Positions 13,286 through 26,936 of a stretch of 64,000 nucleotides of DNA are shown piece after piece (the stretch's first letter is position 1; every line of letters begins with the position of its first letter). The stretch spans positions 1-64,000 of the forward strand of contig JYFJ02001534.1 of NCBI GenBank assembly GCA_000934665.2. Reading direction: 5' to 3'. Source of the stretch: Catajapyx aquilonaris (lineage: Eukaryota). A program made the position numbers and the translations under genes. The notes under the pieces were generated by a model. The model was not told the origin of the DNA. It saw only the letters and a program-made list of their open reading frames with translations, and searched no databases.

Positions 13286-13660
13286 TATGCCCTTTAGTAC
13301 GAAAATGTACAGTACATTGTGAAAAAATTAATCATTTTTTTTACATTTACACCTGTGTAAGTGGAAATTGAACGAGAGTGTACTTGTTTAGTACAAATTA
13401 AAACATTGTAAAATAACGCAATCGATACCGGTACCGGTGATTTGGAACGTGTCCATACCTGGTACTATTCACATCATCACGATTCAGCCACATTACCCAA
13501 CGTCGTTAGTTAGAGTTTGACTTCTATTACATTGCACAATCTCCTAAAATCTTGATTGGACAAGGTGCTTAGCAAAATCGCTACTTAGCAGTTAGCACTA
13601 ATTTCGTAAAAATTTCGCAGCGTTGTACGGCAAAATGGTAGAAATTTTTTTGATTCAGAA

Positions 13661-13677
13661 TAGTGCCCTCTACTGTG
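13661..13677 (-). promoter_or_regulatory. CTCF-like motif
   Basis: Minus strand CACAGTAGAGGGCACTA is close to the CTCF core CCASYAGRKGGCRSYA. Confidence 0.4.
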
Positions 13678-16600
13678 CCCACCAGCATAACTTCTCAAAA
13701 AAGCGATTAGGCGACCTCTCCCACTCTACTCCACACCAGACACCTTAAGGCCTAAGCAATCTGGTGGGGAAGACGGTTGGGGACCGCTGCGCTGCTCCAC
13801 CAATCAGATAGGTGGGTACAGTGCAGTACAAAAGAAATGCTCTTTTGAAACCCTACCGTGTATGGCATAACCACAAAGGTTGCAATCTTTAGGAAATGCC
13901 TGTTTCTTTTTTGAGAAGTTAGGATTCGGGTACGTACGAATCATGTGGTATTACGCTGGTATTGTATTTTCCAAACACCACATACTGTATAGTTTATACT
14001 CACATGATTGCAATGCATGAGCGTTAGGTGCCTCATTGTTGGATGACCCATGCATGGGACTTGTAATCCAGAGTAAACAACAGGGTCAACACCGAAAAGT
14101 AAATCGCCGCCTGCTCAGAACTATAGGTCGGGTCTGGGCTCGACCAGAAAACATTTCGCCCGTCTGAATGATGCATGTCTTGGTTGGACCACTACGCCTC
14201 GACTTTGGGAAACATATGACCCATGCTAGAGTAGTACAGTAGCTTGGTTAGATGGTTGCAAAATGTCTTTAAGCTACATACCGCAACAATGACCAACTGT
14301 ACACTCAAAACCAGGTCTCATATAAAGATGGGGCATGGTGTTCTGAATTTACTATCGATCACATATCAGTATTAAATAATACCAATAAGATACAATGAAA
14401 TATTGCGACTTTGATGCATAATATTTAATATTTTCCCACCTTCTGCCATGCACAATAACGATGATATGAATGATTATGAATATTGCCTTGTTGAGAAATA
14501 TTTCTAATTTTCTTTCGACCTCACAATGACATTGTTAAAAATAAAGTGCTAGTCTATTCTGGAATTTCGCCAGATAGCCACTACTGGCTGCTGTTGAAAT
14601 CTAGGTCTCTGACATGTATTTCAGTCAAGTTACATTTTTATAAACCAAACCTCTAAAAAAAACTTACGAGGACACTGCAACGGAAGCACTTCTCTTACCA
14701 ACATTTTCATTCATTCGGTGGCAGCCAGCAGGAGCGGGTCAGGTCATGTCGTTTAAAATGTGAGGCATTATATTAGTGACCATCACCAAGAGTTATTAGC
14801 TCTTGCCATTACTATATACATCACAATTTAAGGTGAGGTGACGTAGGCAAATTTTAGTAACATTTTGGAACACACACGGATATGAGCTAAATTCTTTAAA
14901 AAACTACCCGATTATAGTAGGCTATCACATTTTGAATTCAAGTTCATAATTATGGAGATAGCCAATTTTCTCGGGAACATAAATCAAATATGGTTATCAA
15001 ATTTTGCCTTCTTCTTGTGACGTAAAATCAACTTTTCCGCTTATACGTCTGCCGCTTTGGATATTTGAAAAATAAAAAACTGCACCTTTTTACATTTCGA
15101 AAATATTATTGGCTTATAACATTTCCAACTATGCATTAGCAATTAGTAGTACGAGTCCCATTGCTCCGTGAAATTCAAGCACTTCTAACTGCTTCAATCA
15201 CATCTCTCAAGTGACATGCGTAAAATTGCACTATTCATTAGACCACGTTTGATCACTGATTGCATCCCCTACAGTCTCAGGAAGCGACAGTACTGTAATA
15301 AATTATGTCTTTGAAGATTTCCACATCCACGTTCTTCCAAGCCTATACTATGCGACATGAAAGCAAAGGAATCTCATAATTAAATCCTCTTTTGTTGTAC
15401 CCCATCTACGCTCAGATGCACTGCAACAAGCAAAGTCCAGCAGCGCCATCTGAAAGACAGAACACCCCCTTCCCCCCCCCCCCCTCAAAAAAACGACAAA
15501 AAAGGGGACAAAAAGTACCGTGACCTGCGATTATTGATTTGGGTGGAGTGTGCAGACTCCCAGAGGAGCGCTTGCCTTCGATCTGCCCCCGAGTTGGATA
15601 TTATTTCAATTTTATCCCGCCGTATCCTCGCGTCATAATTTATGAAATATGGACCCTCCTGCCATCTTCTACTTTTTTTTCTTTTCTTTTCCTCCATCGC
15701 CTTCCTTTTGACGAGGTGACCCAAATTGCTTCGCTCTTAAAGGCTCTCTGGAGGATCTTCTAGAAAATTTCCTTACACATAGTGTGCTGCCTTTGTAAGG
15801 TAGAAAAATTTTTGGAACAGTTTTTTTTTTTGTGGCACGTGCTTGAGATATGCTGTTGCTAGGTGCCGTGGGATCAGGTTTCTATTGGTTGGATAAAAGA
15901 CCCAGGTTGTAATGTTTGAAGTATGCCGGTAGGGGGTATATGCCTAGTGACTGAAAAAGCCTTATCTAATAGTTTTTCTTTATATAGGGTCACCTCTGTT
16001 TGATGCTTTCCCAATCATCTCCAGGGAAACATGATGGCATATACAGAATACATACGAACATAGCCACTTCATATGACGAAAATGATGGTAATGCTCAGAG
16101 ATTGCTCGCCGTGGAGAATAAGTAGTCTATTACTTAATAGGGCAGTGACCGTTTAGTATGTGGCGCTCCGGACGACCACATTTGCATGTTATATGACAGC
16201 GGTCATATTTCCTTAACGTGTAAGAAGGGTCGTTGGTCTCACCGACTACATTGATTCGTTTGTCGGCCTTCCGTCGAAAATTGGCAGGCATAACTCAATG
16301 GGAAGTCGCAGATTATTATGCAGGATGTCCTAAGATGTCAACAATTTGCATGTTGTAGTAGCCATCAAGTTACAGTATAGGCTTAATGTGAGTGCCCCCA
16401 AGCAGCGTACATGCAACAACGGCATTAAATTACATGCAATATCCGGTATTTTTTTTTTTGAAAACACGTACTACCTGACAGCAGCGCTCCTATCAGGAGT
16501 GCATATGGTAATATTAGACAGTATTTTTCATCATTAAAGTTACATTAGTAAAGATGAACATGTTACGGACTGCTCTTGGATTAGCTGACAACACTAGGCG

Positions 16601-19156
16601 ATCGGACTGCATGTCTAAAGATGGAAGATAGAGCACTTTGTAATGTGAGTTAGCCTTACCTGACGGTCCTTACCTGAGGTAATGCATGATTAAATAATTA
16701 ACTTCGTATTTTTGCTAAATTAACTCGGAAATAATTGTAGCCTAACAAGTAAGCAGAAACATTGGTCATAATTTTTATGTGATAGACACACTATAGGTAG
16801 CCTATACCTGTGTGATTATTAATCACTACTAGTTTAAAATATCATATACGGTATGTGTAGCGTACAGTGTATTAGTTGACAATTACAGTTTTGTGATGAT
16901 GACATCCACAACACGAAACTCTTAATGAAGTGGAATATTCCAAAGTTTGATGAAGGGGGTAAAGAATGATATTTTTAGAATACTTTATTCTGATGACTCA
17001 AAAATAACCACATCAACTACTATACTTCCGGGTATTATGGGTATTTTAAATAATCTCATCCTTAACCTGCTTCATCAAACTCTGAAATATTCCACTTCAT
17101 TGAGAGTTACCGTGATTTGGAAGTTAGCGTCGCAAGGCTGTGATGATATTTTATTGGCCACTAGTACACAAATTCTTAACCTGATTTAAAAAATATATAT
17201 ATATAATTATATTATGCAGGTAAACATTACGCCCGGTATTTATTCATTCTTGCCATTATTTCCTTCGTGAAGAAAAAATGTAATTAATAATTTAATCAAG
17301 CTTTCTCTCGTGTGACATTAGACTTAGAACTAGACTACTGGAGCGTCAGGTAAGCCTGAGTCACATTGCAAAGTGCGCGCGCCAGCTTTATCTGCCATCT
17401 ATCGGGCATGCAGTACAATCGTCAGCTAATGAGAGAGCAGTCCGTGACATTTTCACCGATAAATCACTTATGAAACACACGGTAGAAAGTGTTTCATAAT
17501 AATTATGAGACCTTTCTAAGGCTTTCTAGATACCAGATAATCACTTTTTGTAGTTAGTTATTTGGTCTTCTGAGTGCACCATCTCATACGTCGCCGCAAC
17601 AACATATTCCAAATTTTCAGCAAGATAACTTCATAGATAAGTTTGAATGTCACCACCTGTCCTCCGTGTCCGTCGAGTCATTCCACTTTCCACAACTCCC
17701 TGGAGTTGTTCGGAAGAGTCCCATGCAGTGGACAGTGATGTCGTTTGCTCTAAAAGTGCGAGTCAGGATTTTGGAAGGAAGCTTGCAGAGGCACAATCTG
17801 ATTCGCGTCTCCGATCAGGCAACTTTGACAGGCCCTGGTCTGGTAAATTTAGACTGTCGTCTGGAGATATGTCCCATCGAAAGGAAAGGCGTAACTTGCA
17901 AGTGTCGTCGTAAGCATTAAATTGGCAAAAAACGTTTTTTTCTCCCTCTTTCTCAAGCACTTGTAGGAGCAGGTAATTAATCCATGTTACTTTCTGGACG
18001 ACTGACTCAGTTCAACGTTACGGTACTTTGAAAAATTAATTTTCTTAGCAAAATGTTGTTCCAAAGTATAACATCAAAAATAGTATTATAAATAAGCACG
18101 TTTTATCAGTATAATTTATGTGGAGTGTATTCGCACTGTACTGTATGATCATTATGTGGTGTGCATGAATAGTAGGATATCCATGCAGCAATTTTCGATG
18201 AAGTTATATAGATAATAGCATTAGGTAATAATAAATACCAATTAATGTGTAGCTGGCTGGCATAGAATAATGTTTTAGCCAGTAATTCGCCACCCGCACC
18301 ATCAGTCATGCTGATTTGCCAGTCTGATTGCTAATTCCAGCAAAAAAGTGCGCCTCCTTTTCAATTCGCCAAATACGTTGAGCAGAATATGTCACAGCAT
18401 AACATTCAATTCCAAATTGCGGTAAACGCGACTCAACATGTTTATTGCCCGGTAACATGAGAATTTCTATTTTTAGCACTTGTAACTGATGAACGCATGA
18501 ACGCCATGTTTGAAATTATGAATTATTCGCGTAAAGAACATAATCTTTGCGAATTGTTTGCAATTTTGTGTTCTTTCAGGCATATAATAATTATATACGG
18601 TATACAGTATACAATGATGTGATTTTTTAATATATAAATTTAGTGGTATATGATCATCCTATATATTGTAAACATATAACCTGTTCCAGAGGCAAGGTCC
18701 TTACTTAAAGGTTATACACTCTTGTAAATAGACTTCCACCACGGTACTAAAGGAGCCTTCCCTAAGCAGGTAGTGCTTACGTTGTGCAATAAATTACTTA
18801 CTTTCTGCATAATATTTGTCACCATGTCAATATTTCGCCAAAAATGGGACCTTTCAAATCCAACAATGAACTCCTAGTGGATTTGCGCGGTCCTAACTTT
18901 CCTGTAACATTCCGGCCATTGAATAAGCATGCATACACTAATTCAGCTGAGCGAGAGCGAGGATGTTGTTGTTTATGAGGCAGTTGGACCTTGTGTAAAA
19001 TTTCAAATTAAGTTCCGGAATGGGCCATTAAGCGTAAGGTTGTTATGGACGCAAAACTTTTGATTAGTTTGGATGCGAGGACTTCCCACTCCCCAGACCC
19101 CTCTCCTCCTTCGCTATTTTCCCTAGCCTCCTTTAGTTTCTCAAGAACATCCCTAA

Positions 19157-19341
19157 ATTATTTTGAATTGAACAGTTTGGAGTAGTGCCAAGAGATGGCG
19201 CTACAGTCATGCTCTAGAGGGCGCCATTTGGGGATACTAGCGATACTGATTATTTTGAATTGAACCATTTGGAAACCTGCCAAAAGCTGCCAGTGCGTTT
19301 TGTGTTGTATAGGGCGGCATTTTACGAGCAGTAGTGATACT
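19157..19341 (+). repeat. Degenerate ~92-bp tandem duplication with paired CTCF-like motifs
   Basis: ATTATTTTGAATTGAAC at 19157 and 19249, both units ending TAG(C/T)GATACT. Motifs CCAAGAGATGGCGCTA 19188-203 and GCTCTAGAGGGCGCCA 19211-26. Confidence 0.6.
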
Positions 19342-20103
19342 ATCGCTCCAGATTTCCAGATTGCAAACTACTTTTGCACCCTCAAAATGCATGAGCCGGA
19401 TGTTCGCTTCTTATATGTCCGTTGTGATATCATATTCAAAACATCATCAGACATTGTACCAGTCAAAGCTCCATGTATAATCGAGTCTAGTAACTTGTAG
19501 CTGTTCACTCCAAATGAATAGACGGGGATTTAAGCCGCATTCTGAGATGATTTTGATGCTATAATGAATATAATTATGAATGAAAGTCGAGCTCATTAGG
19601 CGATACTGTTCACCAAAATAATCGTACACTCCCATTTATTGAACGTAGCTTATGATGAGTGACAAACCAGGCCACACTTGTATCTATTCTCCTCTGAGAA
19701 TTGCCTAAAGTTGCAAAAGCATATTCCCCAACGCCCTGGTATCCCCAGCGGCAGCTTTTATCATAAGATTGCTGCAGTCATTAGGAATAACTTTGTCGGG
19801 ATAAAGTTTGTCCAAGAAAGAGAAAGAGGGGAGTTTGGGAGGGGATAGGTGGTGGGGGGGCTTTGTATCCAAGTTTGCTGCAGTTAGAGGCTGTGAGGGC
19901 TCTATTGGTCCATTGGGAGCCTCTCAATGCTCAACACGTCACCATTTCCAACTTTCGTGCCTTTCTTCTTTCTTGTGCTGGGTTCAATTTTCATCACGGA
20001 CGATGCTTGTAACTGGGGAGAGATGTGGCTTAGCCAGTTGCATGCCTTAACGTAATCTCTTTTTTTTGTATTAAGCCGTATTAATGCTGTAGTTTTACAT
20101 ATA

Positions 20104-20389
20104 TAATAATTAATCATTCATACCCCGTTATCAGCCATCGGCTCTTTAGGGGGGAAGTTTGTTTTGCCTGGAACTCTTTGCTTTCATTTTACTGCGCTCT
20201 TTGGGATAGAATAGGGACGGAAGGAAGCGGCTGTGGCCTATTAATTACGGAAGCAACTCCGGAATTTCCCTGGAAGGACCGTGGGAAACCACAGAAAACT
20301 ACGGTCAGAGTTGCCGGCCCCGGGATTCGAACCCAGGACCTCCCGATTAGCAGTCGGACGCCTTATCCACTATGCCAACCTGCTTCGGT
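20104..20389 (-). mobile_element. tRNA-derived SINE (ACCGAAGCAG-head family)
   Basis: A box TGGCATAGTGG, CTGCTAA loop, B box GGTTCGAATCC. Body GTTTTCTGTGGTTTCCC...AGGCCACAGCCGCTTCCTTCC. Shared CCCCTAAAG...CGGGGTA tail. TSD about TTTTACATATA (20093-103, 20392-402). Confidence 0.9.
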
Positions 20390-20461
20390 TATTTTACATA
20401 TACTATACATGTATACATATATACAGTAATATCTAATATGTAACCTATATTAATATTAGTC

Positions 20462-20527
20462 GGGCAGAGATTCCCCTGAAGGTCCCGTAAGGGACAGCAA
20501 AGGGCACTCAAAATTAAAAAAATATTA
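20462..20527 (+). mobile_element. Extremely 5'-truncated retroposon 3' end
   Basis: 15-bp TSD ATATTAATATTAGTC (20447-61, 20528-42), stem-loop GTCCC-GTAA-GGGAC, and A-rich tail. Confidence 0.7.
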
Positions 20528-23500
20528 ATATTAATATTAGTCCTACTGTTCATGGTTATTTACAGCAACTCCTTGCTATCAGGAGGGTTACAGTACCCTT
20601 AAAATGCTATCTTGGCAGCTCCCCAGTAAACCAAATAGGATTGTTATTCAAAAAGTCTGCATACGTACAATAAATTAGAGTGAAAGAAATCAATGAGCAA
20701 TTAGGGCATACTGGTAATTGCCTGGAAAATTGCTAGCTAACAAAAGGAAAGCACAAGATTCAAACACTGACGTTGACGAATGATAATAGAAAATGCGATT
20801 GTAATAGTTATAATAATTGGCAATTACTGTTCGCAGGAAGTCTTCCGGGATAAACGTCAATACGTCAAAATCAAAGAACGAGCAATATTTTTTGTGCATA
20901 TACTCATGGATGAAACAGTGTGCCCAATTTAATAAGCAAATCAATTACATAAGTTTGTTCTTATTCATTGGCAACTAACAGGTGACTGAACTTGAATATA
21001 AGGTCATGTCATACCGCAACAACTGTCCTTTGTGCTTTCCTTCCAAACTTTTCTGAGGTATACTGTTGGTAGACATGTTTGTTAAACCCTATATCCCCTA
21101 GACAAAACCACAGATATGCGATGACCCGGTTGCTATAGTTATATTTCTCTGAGAGTGGGAATAGGGGTGGATGACAGATGGACCAGGTCAACTCCCTGGC
21201 TACGTCGTATTAATAACTCATATGGTTACGATCTTCAGCGAATGCACGGTACCTCCTGTCCCATATGACTAGTCCGGGAAAAGCAATGGAGAGTCGTCTC
21301 CAGCGCGGGGTTCCCATAAAAATACGGCGCCTAGATAAGCTTTGAGTTTCACCGCTTGTCCCAGCAAACTTTACCAATCGCACTCCGGCATTAAAAAGTT
21401 TAGCAAATTTTTTTTTTCTGCGATAAAACGGTGGAGTTTCAAGAGGGTTCTTTTCCCGCTGGACTATACCGCAGTACCCTACTTATAAGGGAGTGGCAGT
21501 AAAACTGCTATTTAAGAAAGTTTGTTCCATAGTTTAGATTTTTTTGTATGGGAAATGGTGAATATAAGATTGGTATAGAAAAAAGACATGGACATTATTT
21601 TTTAGGTTCAAAGTGTCATGGAAAATATTTATAATTTTGTTTTAATAATTATTAATTTTGAAATATGCAGTCAAACATTGAGCATCACCGTCACTTGCCT
21701 TTTGCTGTGTGAACCCACTTTTATTATGAGAAATTCCGGTGTCTATATGTCAAATCTTTTGTCACCATATGTGGCGGATGAATCAGTATGACTAACCTAA
21801 CAGATTCGATATTGATTAAGAGTCATTATTGACTGTTTCCGGCCCCCGTCGTCGTCATCTGCACTGTTACTTGCTGAAATCAGTATTGTGTGGCGATAAT
21901 TAGGGATAGATTAGTGACCAATTTGTTGACCCCGCTTTGTTGTTGCCTGCTGCTTGTTTTGCTCAACGGAAGCCATTAATTATTATTGGCACTGCCAGTA
22001 ATATAGTTAATCACATGTCTTGCCTTATGATAGTACAGATGCTTCTTTATAGGCGATACCTGACATTAATCAATCAAAGACAATTACTTACGATATGGAC
22101 TAATTAGTATATTACAGATTTAGTGAATTGGGGTATTTTAAAAATGGAATTAAACTTTGAATTCAGAGTAATTTTTGAGCTGATTCATGTTTATGATTAA
22201 ATATTTTGCTTCTTCCTTGTTAGTTGTGAACCAGGGTTGGAAATCGGTATATGGACATATTTGGAGCGAAAAGGGACATTGATTGGTGAGTGAATATACT
22301 GAATAGGGATCAGATGTAAAGTAGTCATTTTATTGGTTAATTTGCAGGCAGTACTCCCTGAAAAAGAATAACAACTTTTAATCACAAGCAGTGGCATAAT
22401 GTACACCCATAAAACTTTCAACCATAATTTTAAATTTTAACTTTAAATTTTCCTGCTGCCTTGATGCTTACCGTTCTATCTTGAGTGATGTCACATTATG
22501 TTCATCAACCAACGGTCCATTTTCTCACTTTTATCCTACTTTTTATTGAGGACACTCAGCTGATGTAAATTATTCAAACTGAAACGCATAAAAATTTTCA
22601 CCTCTAACATTTCAAACAATGTCTTGTTAGTCTACTATACTTACCACACCCACGTCCTTACTCACCTCGCTTGTCCCCGTGTAATCTATTATATTGCTCT
22701 ATGATTTTTTTCACCTCTCTAATGAAGGCTACATGAGACGACGAACCATTTTTTGCCGGATATCAGTTCACAAACATCACTCCTCGTTACTGCATGATGC
22801 AAGCTCTAGTGCTGGTCAGCAAATCCCTATATAGGTAACCTCTCCTCCGGGTCGATAGCAAGTAATCGCATTGTGTCATCAATCTAGAAAGACGAGAAAG
22901 CGCAATTTCCAAGATGGAATTTATCAAGATTTTTATCCTATAGACGTAGGTGCTGAAGTTTTTGAAAAAATTGCACAATATTAATTTTTTTCGGTTTAGT
23001 ATATTTAGCTATCAGGATTACAGTGTGCATGCTGCTCTGAGGGCTCAAATTACATACATATAAGCATTTTTTAAAATTATCCGGTATGTCGCCCATGGCA
23101 GTCAAGTGTACAAAATAATGATTAAACACATCAACAGTTTGTCTCCTTATTATTGAAAGGGATGCTTCAAAGCCTTCATTACATCCTTAACAGGTTTATC
23201 ATAATTAAAATTTATGCTCGTTGGAATCCAGTGTTAAATTACAAGCCGATCATTAGAACCTCGTAAGGTGCCTATGATGCCTGCATTTAAGCGACTGGAA
23301 AATGCCACATGTTCAAAATTAATTTGCAATGGTAAAATGCAGAGAAGAGGAGTTTTAAGCGCTAGCAATCGCATTCTTTAATCGCTAGAAGCCTATAGGC
23401 CGTGAAGAAAATTGCCACTTTGTAGCATGAAATTTGCGAGTAAGCTGGCATTTTCCGGGGCGCCTTTGATATCGCGAAGCTTACTTAGATCAATTACGGG

Positions 23501-24419
23501 ACGGAATGACACTAGACCTGATTAATGACCAGACTTTAAGACTTAATCTCTGCACTAAGGCGCCAAGTTACGATTCGGAATCGGGCTTTAAGGGTCCACT
23601 CGATTCCCCAAGAGTCGATTTGTGTCCAAACAACTCCGGGATTTTCCGTATTCTGCAAGGGTATTAATTTAGAGCCTGGGTTTTTTTATACTTTTGTGTC
23701 ATTTTCATAGTATCGTCTTTTTTTGTTTTTTGGTCCATAAAGAGTGGAATTTGAAGAACTTTTTTTTTGGAAAAGGGCTCTGGGCTGTATTTTATGGACA
23801 TTAACTACACATAGGCCTAGCCTATATCATTTGCTTCTTTTGGACATACAAGCAGGAAGAGCTGCATGATAATAATTACGATATTTTTTGTAAGCAGTGC
23901 ATTGGACGCTTAGGCGATTGTATCGTCGCGAATAGCGGTACTTATAATATAATCTCATTGCATTTTTTAAAAAGGAGTTGGCTCCACTTTGATATGAACT
24001 AATGTCACCATGGCAGCAGTTAATGGAATCTGAGCTTACTAGTTGGACACGTTGCCAAATTGGCAACAGTGCCTAGCCCACCCACCTCCACTTGGAAGTA
24101 GTACATAGGCCCGTTACCAGTTGGCGCATAGGCTGACCCTCTGCACACTACTGCTGCTCTCAGGAGGAAAGTAGTACTACATGCACATTGGTGATGAGTC
24201 ACCACGCGGGCAAAGCTCACCTGGGTGCTATACCCAGCGCGTGTCTCGCCTCCAGTGACGTGGGCCCTACCCTTCTCTGACCGTCAAATTGTTAACGCGG
24301 AAAGTGATAAACCATGTACTAATACCTAGGCGATGAGTGTTGGCGGACATATTATAATATGCAAGATGACAGAATTTGTCTTTTAGGCCGGGTTGCACCG
24401 ACTTCAGGAAAATTTGTCT

Positions 24420-24515
24420 GGCCGAAGAAGTGCCAGGATAGTTTGTTATTCATTGTTGATAGAATTGTTGACAGAACAACAATGAATAACAAACTAACCT
24501 GGCACTTCTTCGGCC
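24420..24515. repeat. Near-perfect 96-nt hairpin
   Basis: 39-bp arms (24420-58, 24477-515) with one mismatch, GGCC ends and an 18-nt loop. Confidence 0.9.
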
Positions 24516-26495
24516 CGGAGGAGGCTGGTTGGCTACCTTGAATCTAGTGAAAAGTATTTTTCTGAGTGATCTATGCTTCTCAGGAGGATATGTGCCAAAC
24601 AAAGGTTGTAGAGAAACATGTATTCTACAAAAATCTATAAGTTCCTTTTCCACGTACGGTCCGTATTTTCGGAGCTACAGCGACTTGAAAAAGACTTTTC
24701 ACTCGCTGAAGGGTAGGCAACCCGCAATTACGGGTCTCCGGGGCGACATCTGGTGTGGCGACAAATCTGAATTTGAATAGTATGGTCCCAAGGACATTCC
24801 TACAAAATTTTATGCTTTCATGACCAAGTGCACTGTTGACCCTTGACATGGAAGGCAACAATAAAAACGAAATTCATTGATTGCAGCATATCATACCAAT
24901 TATTTTAGTTGAGAAATACAACTACCATAATTTTACTAATGTCCTTTCCAAGTTTGCCCATTAAAGGGTTAACAAAAAATCGTGTTTAAAGGTAATATAT
25001 GAGGTCATTTAATACCAAATCCTGACAAATCCATTTTAGCTTTAAACCACAGGCCACCAATACATCTACGTGGATTTTCAAAAAATCCGACCGAAAGTGG
25101 CCTAAACCAGGTATTGAAAGTGCACTGTTTCGGCCAATACCTGACAAATCCAGACACGGCTTCATATCTAATCATTTCAAAACCCTCCATCTCCTGCGGG
25201 ATGTTATACAAAACCAGACAGGTTACTACACTGAAATCTGAAAACCCTACATGCATAAAAAATTTAATGAGAGACGCATGAAATTATGATTACATAAAGT
25301 TGATTTATGTAGAAAATAGCACAATATTTTTTAATATTATTTAATAGTTACTCAAAGGAATAAGCATGATAGTACCTGCACATGACTACATTAATGTCCC
25401 CAAATAATATTATGATATGCACAACGAACACTGTAAGTTTATTACAATTTTAAATGCATGTGATTAGCTTATGCAGTATGGGGTGTCACTGATATTAATA
25501 ATTTCTTTTTGTGTAAATGAATTGGGGTTACAGTATAATTGATACCAATATCACGAAAATGGGCTTAGACTTTGAAATCCCATTCTTCAATTTTGTTACA
25601 CCTATTTGAACTTTTTAACATTTAAACGTTATTAAAATTTAGCGGAAAACTACATCAAGGTGATGCTTTACATTCAAAATCATTTTACCAACCTCCCTTG
25701 CTTCCACCACATGCAGTCTTCTACACCACCACCAATTCCAGACTTTTCATTTAGTATACATGTATACGCTTATATGCTGCGGAAGGCTGTGGAATCCAAA
25801 TTCGCAATTCCGCAGTTCTGTGCATGTTGTTCAATAATGGAAGACCGAACTAGAATTCGCTGCAGAGTTCTGTCAATAATGCTACAGAACATATACCCTG
25901 TAGCGTAGAAACCAGACAAATGAAAAAAAAAGTTACACCAAAACGCGATATTTCCTGCTAAAACCGGGCACTGCACTTGCTTCTAATTTTTGTAGCATTA
26001 ATTATTGCTCATCAAACGTTCAGTTATTATATGCACCAAGATCACTTCGCTAACTGCTTGAACACTACAGATTTTTTCTGAGAAATCACTCAAGCGGTTT
26101 TATTGGATTTGTTGGCTGTTGCCATTAGTGGCCTTATTAATGTATGTAGGCCTAATATTCATGTATTACTATGTAATGAGAATAAGCAACAATTTTCAGC
26201 TGGCTTACACTATGCATTGGTAAGTACTGTGGGCGCTTGGGTGTGCATTCCTTTAGTGTATTTTTCTTTCTTCGCTCCAATGAAGTTGTTCATTCAAGTA
26301 GACACCACCTTGTTGAGTGCCCTTATATTACAATTACGAAACTGAAGCCACCCTGCAAATGCATTTTCATTTGGAAGACAGGCTCGTAAGAGGAAGCCAT
26401 TTTATTTTTCTTTGCCCACAGACATTTAGCACATGCACACCAGTTCCCCCCAAAAAAACACAGTTTTTAAAAATATCCAATTGAAAATTGACATC

Positions 26496-26743
26496 TTTTT
26501 TATCATACCCCGTGCTAGATCCTTTGGCTCCCTTAGGGGCGTGGATTACCACCATTGGATGGGACCAGGGATAGGGAAGGAAGGGAGCGGCTGTGGCCTA
26601 TTTTTACGGAAACGACCCCGGAATTGTCCTGGGGGGGACCATGGAAAACCACAGAAAAGCACGGTCAGGGTCGCCCGCCCCGGGATTCGAACCCAGGACC
26701 TCCCGATTAGCAGGCCGGCTCCTTATCCCCAACCTGCTTCGGT
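26496..26743 (-). mobile_element. tRNA-derived SINE (ACCGAAGCAG-head family)
   Basis: Same head and body as 20104-20389, with an A-box deletion. Tail GGTAATCCACGCCCCTAAGGGAGCC...CTAGCACGGGGTAT. Imperfect TSD TTGAAAATTGACATC / TTTAAAATTGATATC. Confidence 0.9.
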
Positions 26744-26874
26744 TTAAAATTGATATCATGAATATTAATAAATTACTTTTAAACTGTTAAGAACGAAAAT
26801 ATCATAATGCATAATCTACTATTTTCAAATGCCAAACATTTGCCTCTATAGATCCATAGATGGCGCAAAATCGG

Positions 26875-26875
<1 letters not shown>

Positions 26876-26935
<60 letters not shown>
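26876..26935. repeat. (ATT)n microsatellite
   Basis: About 20 perfect ATT units. Confidence 0.98.

Positions 26936-26936
<1 letters not shown>

Noticed and set aside
14125..14200. Additional degenerate minus-strand SINE head
   Set aside because: A/B-box-like words only, with no body, tail or TSD. Excluded from the orientation count.
20320..20389. tRNA-Ser(GCT)-like gene, and similar heads near 9330, 28090, 44100, 57610 and 58275
   Set aside because: A and B boxes are present, but there is no proper acceptor stem and each continues into a SINE body and tail, mostly with TSDs.
25894..25915. miR-10-like TACCCTGTAG
   Set aside because: Only the first 10 nt match and no hairpin partner is visible.
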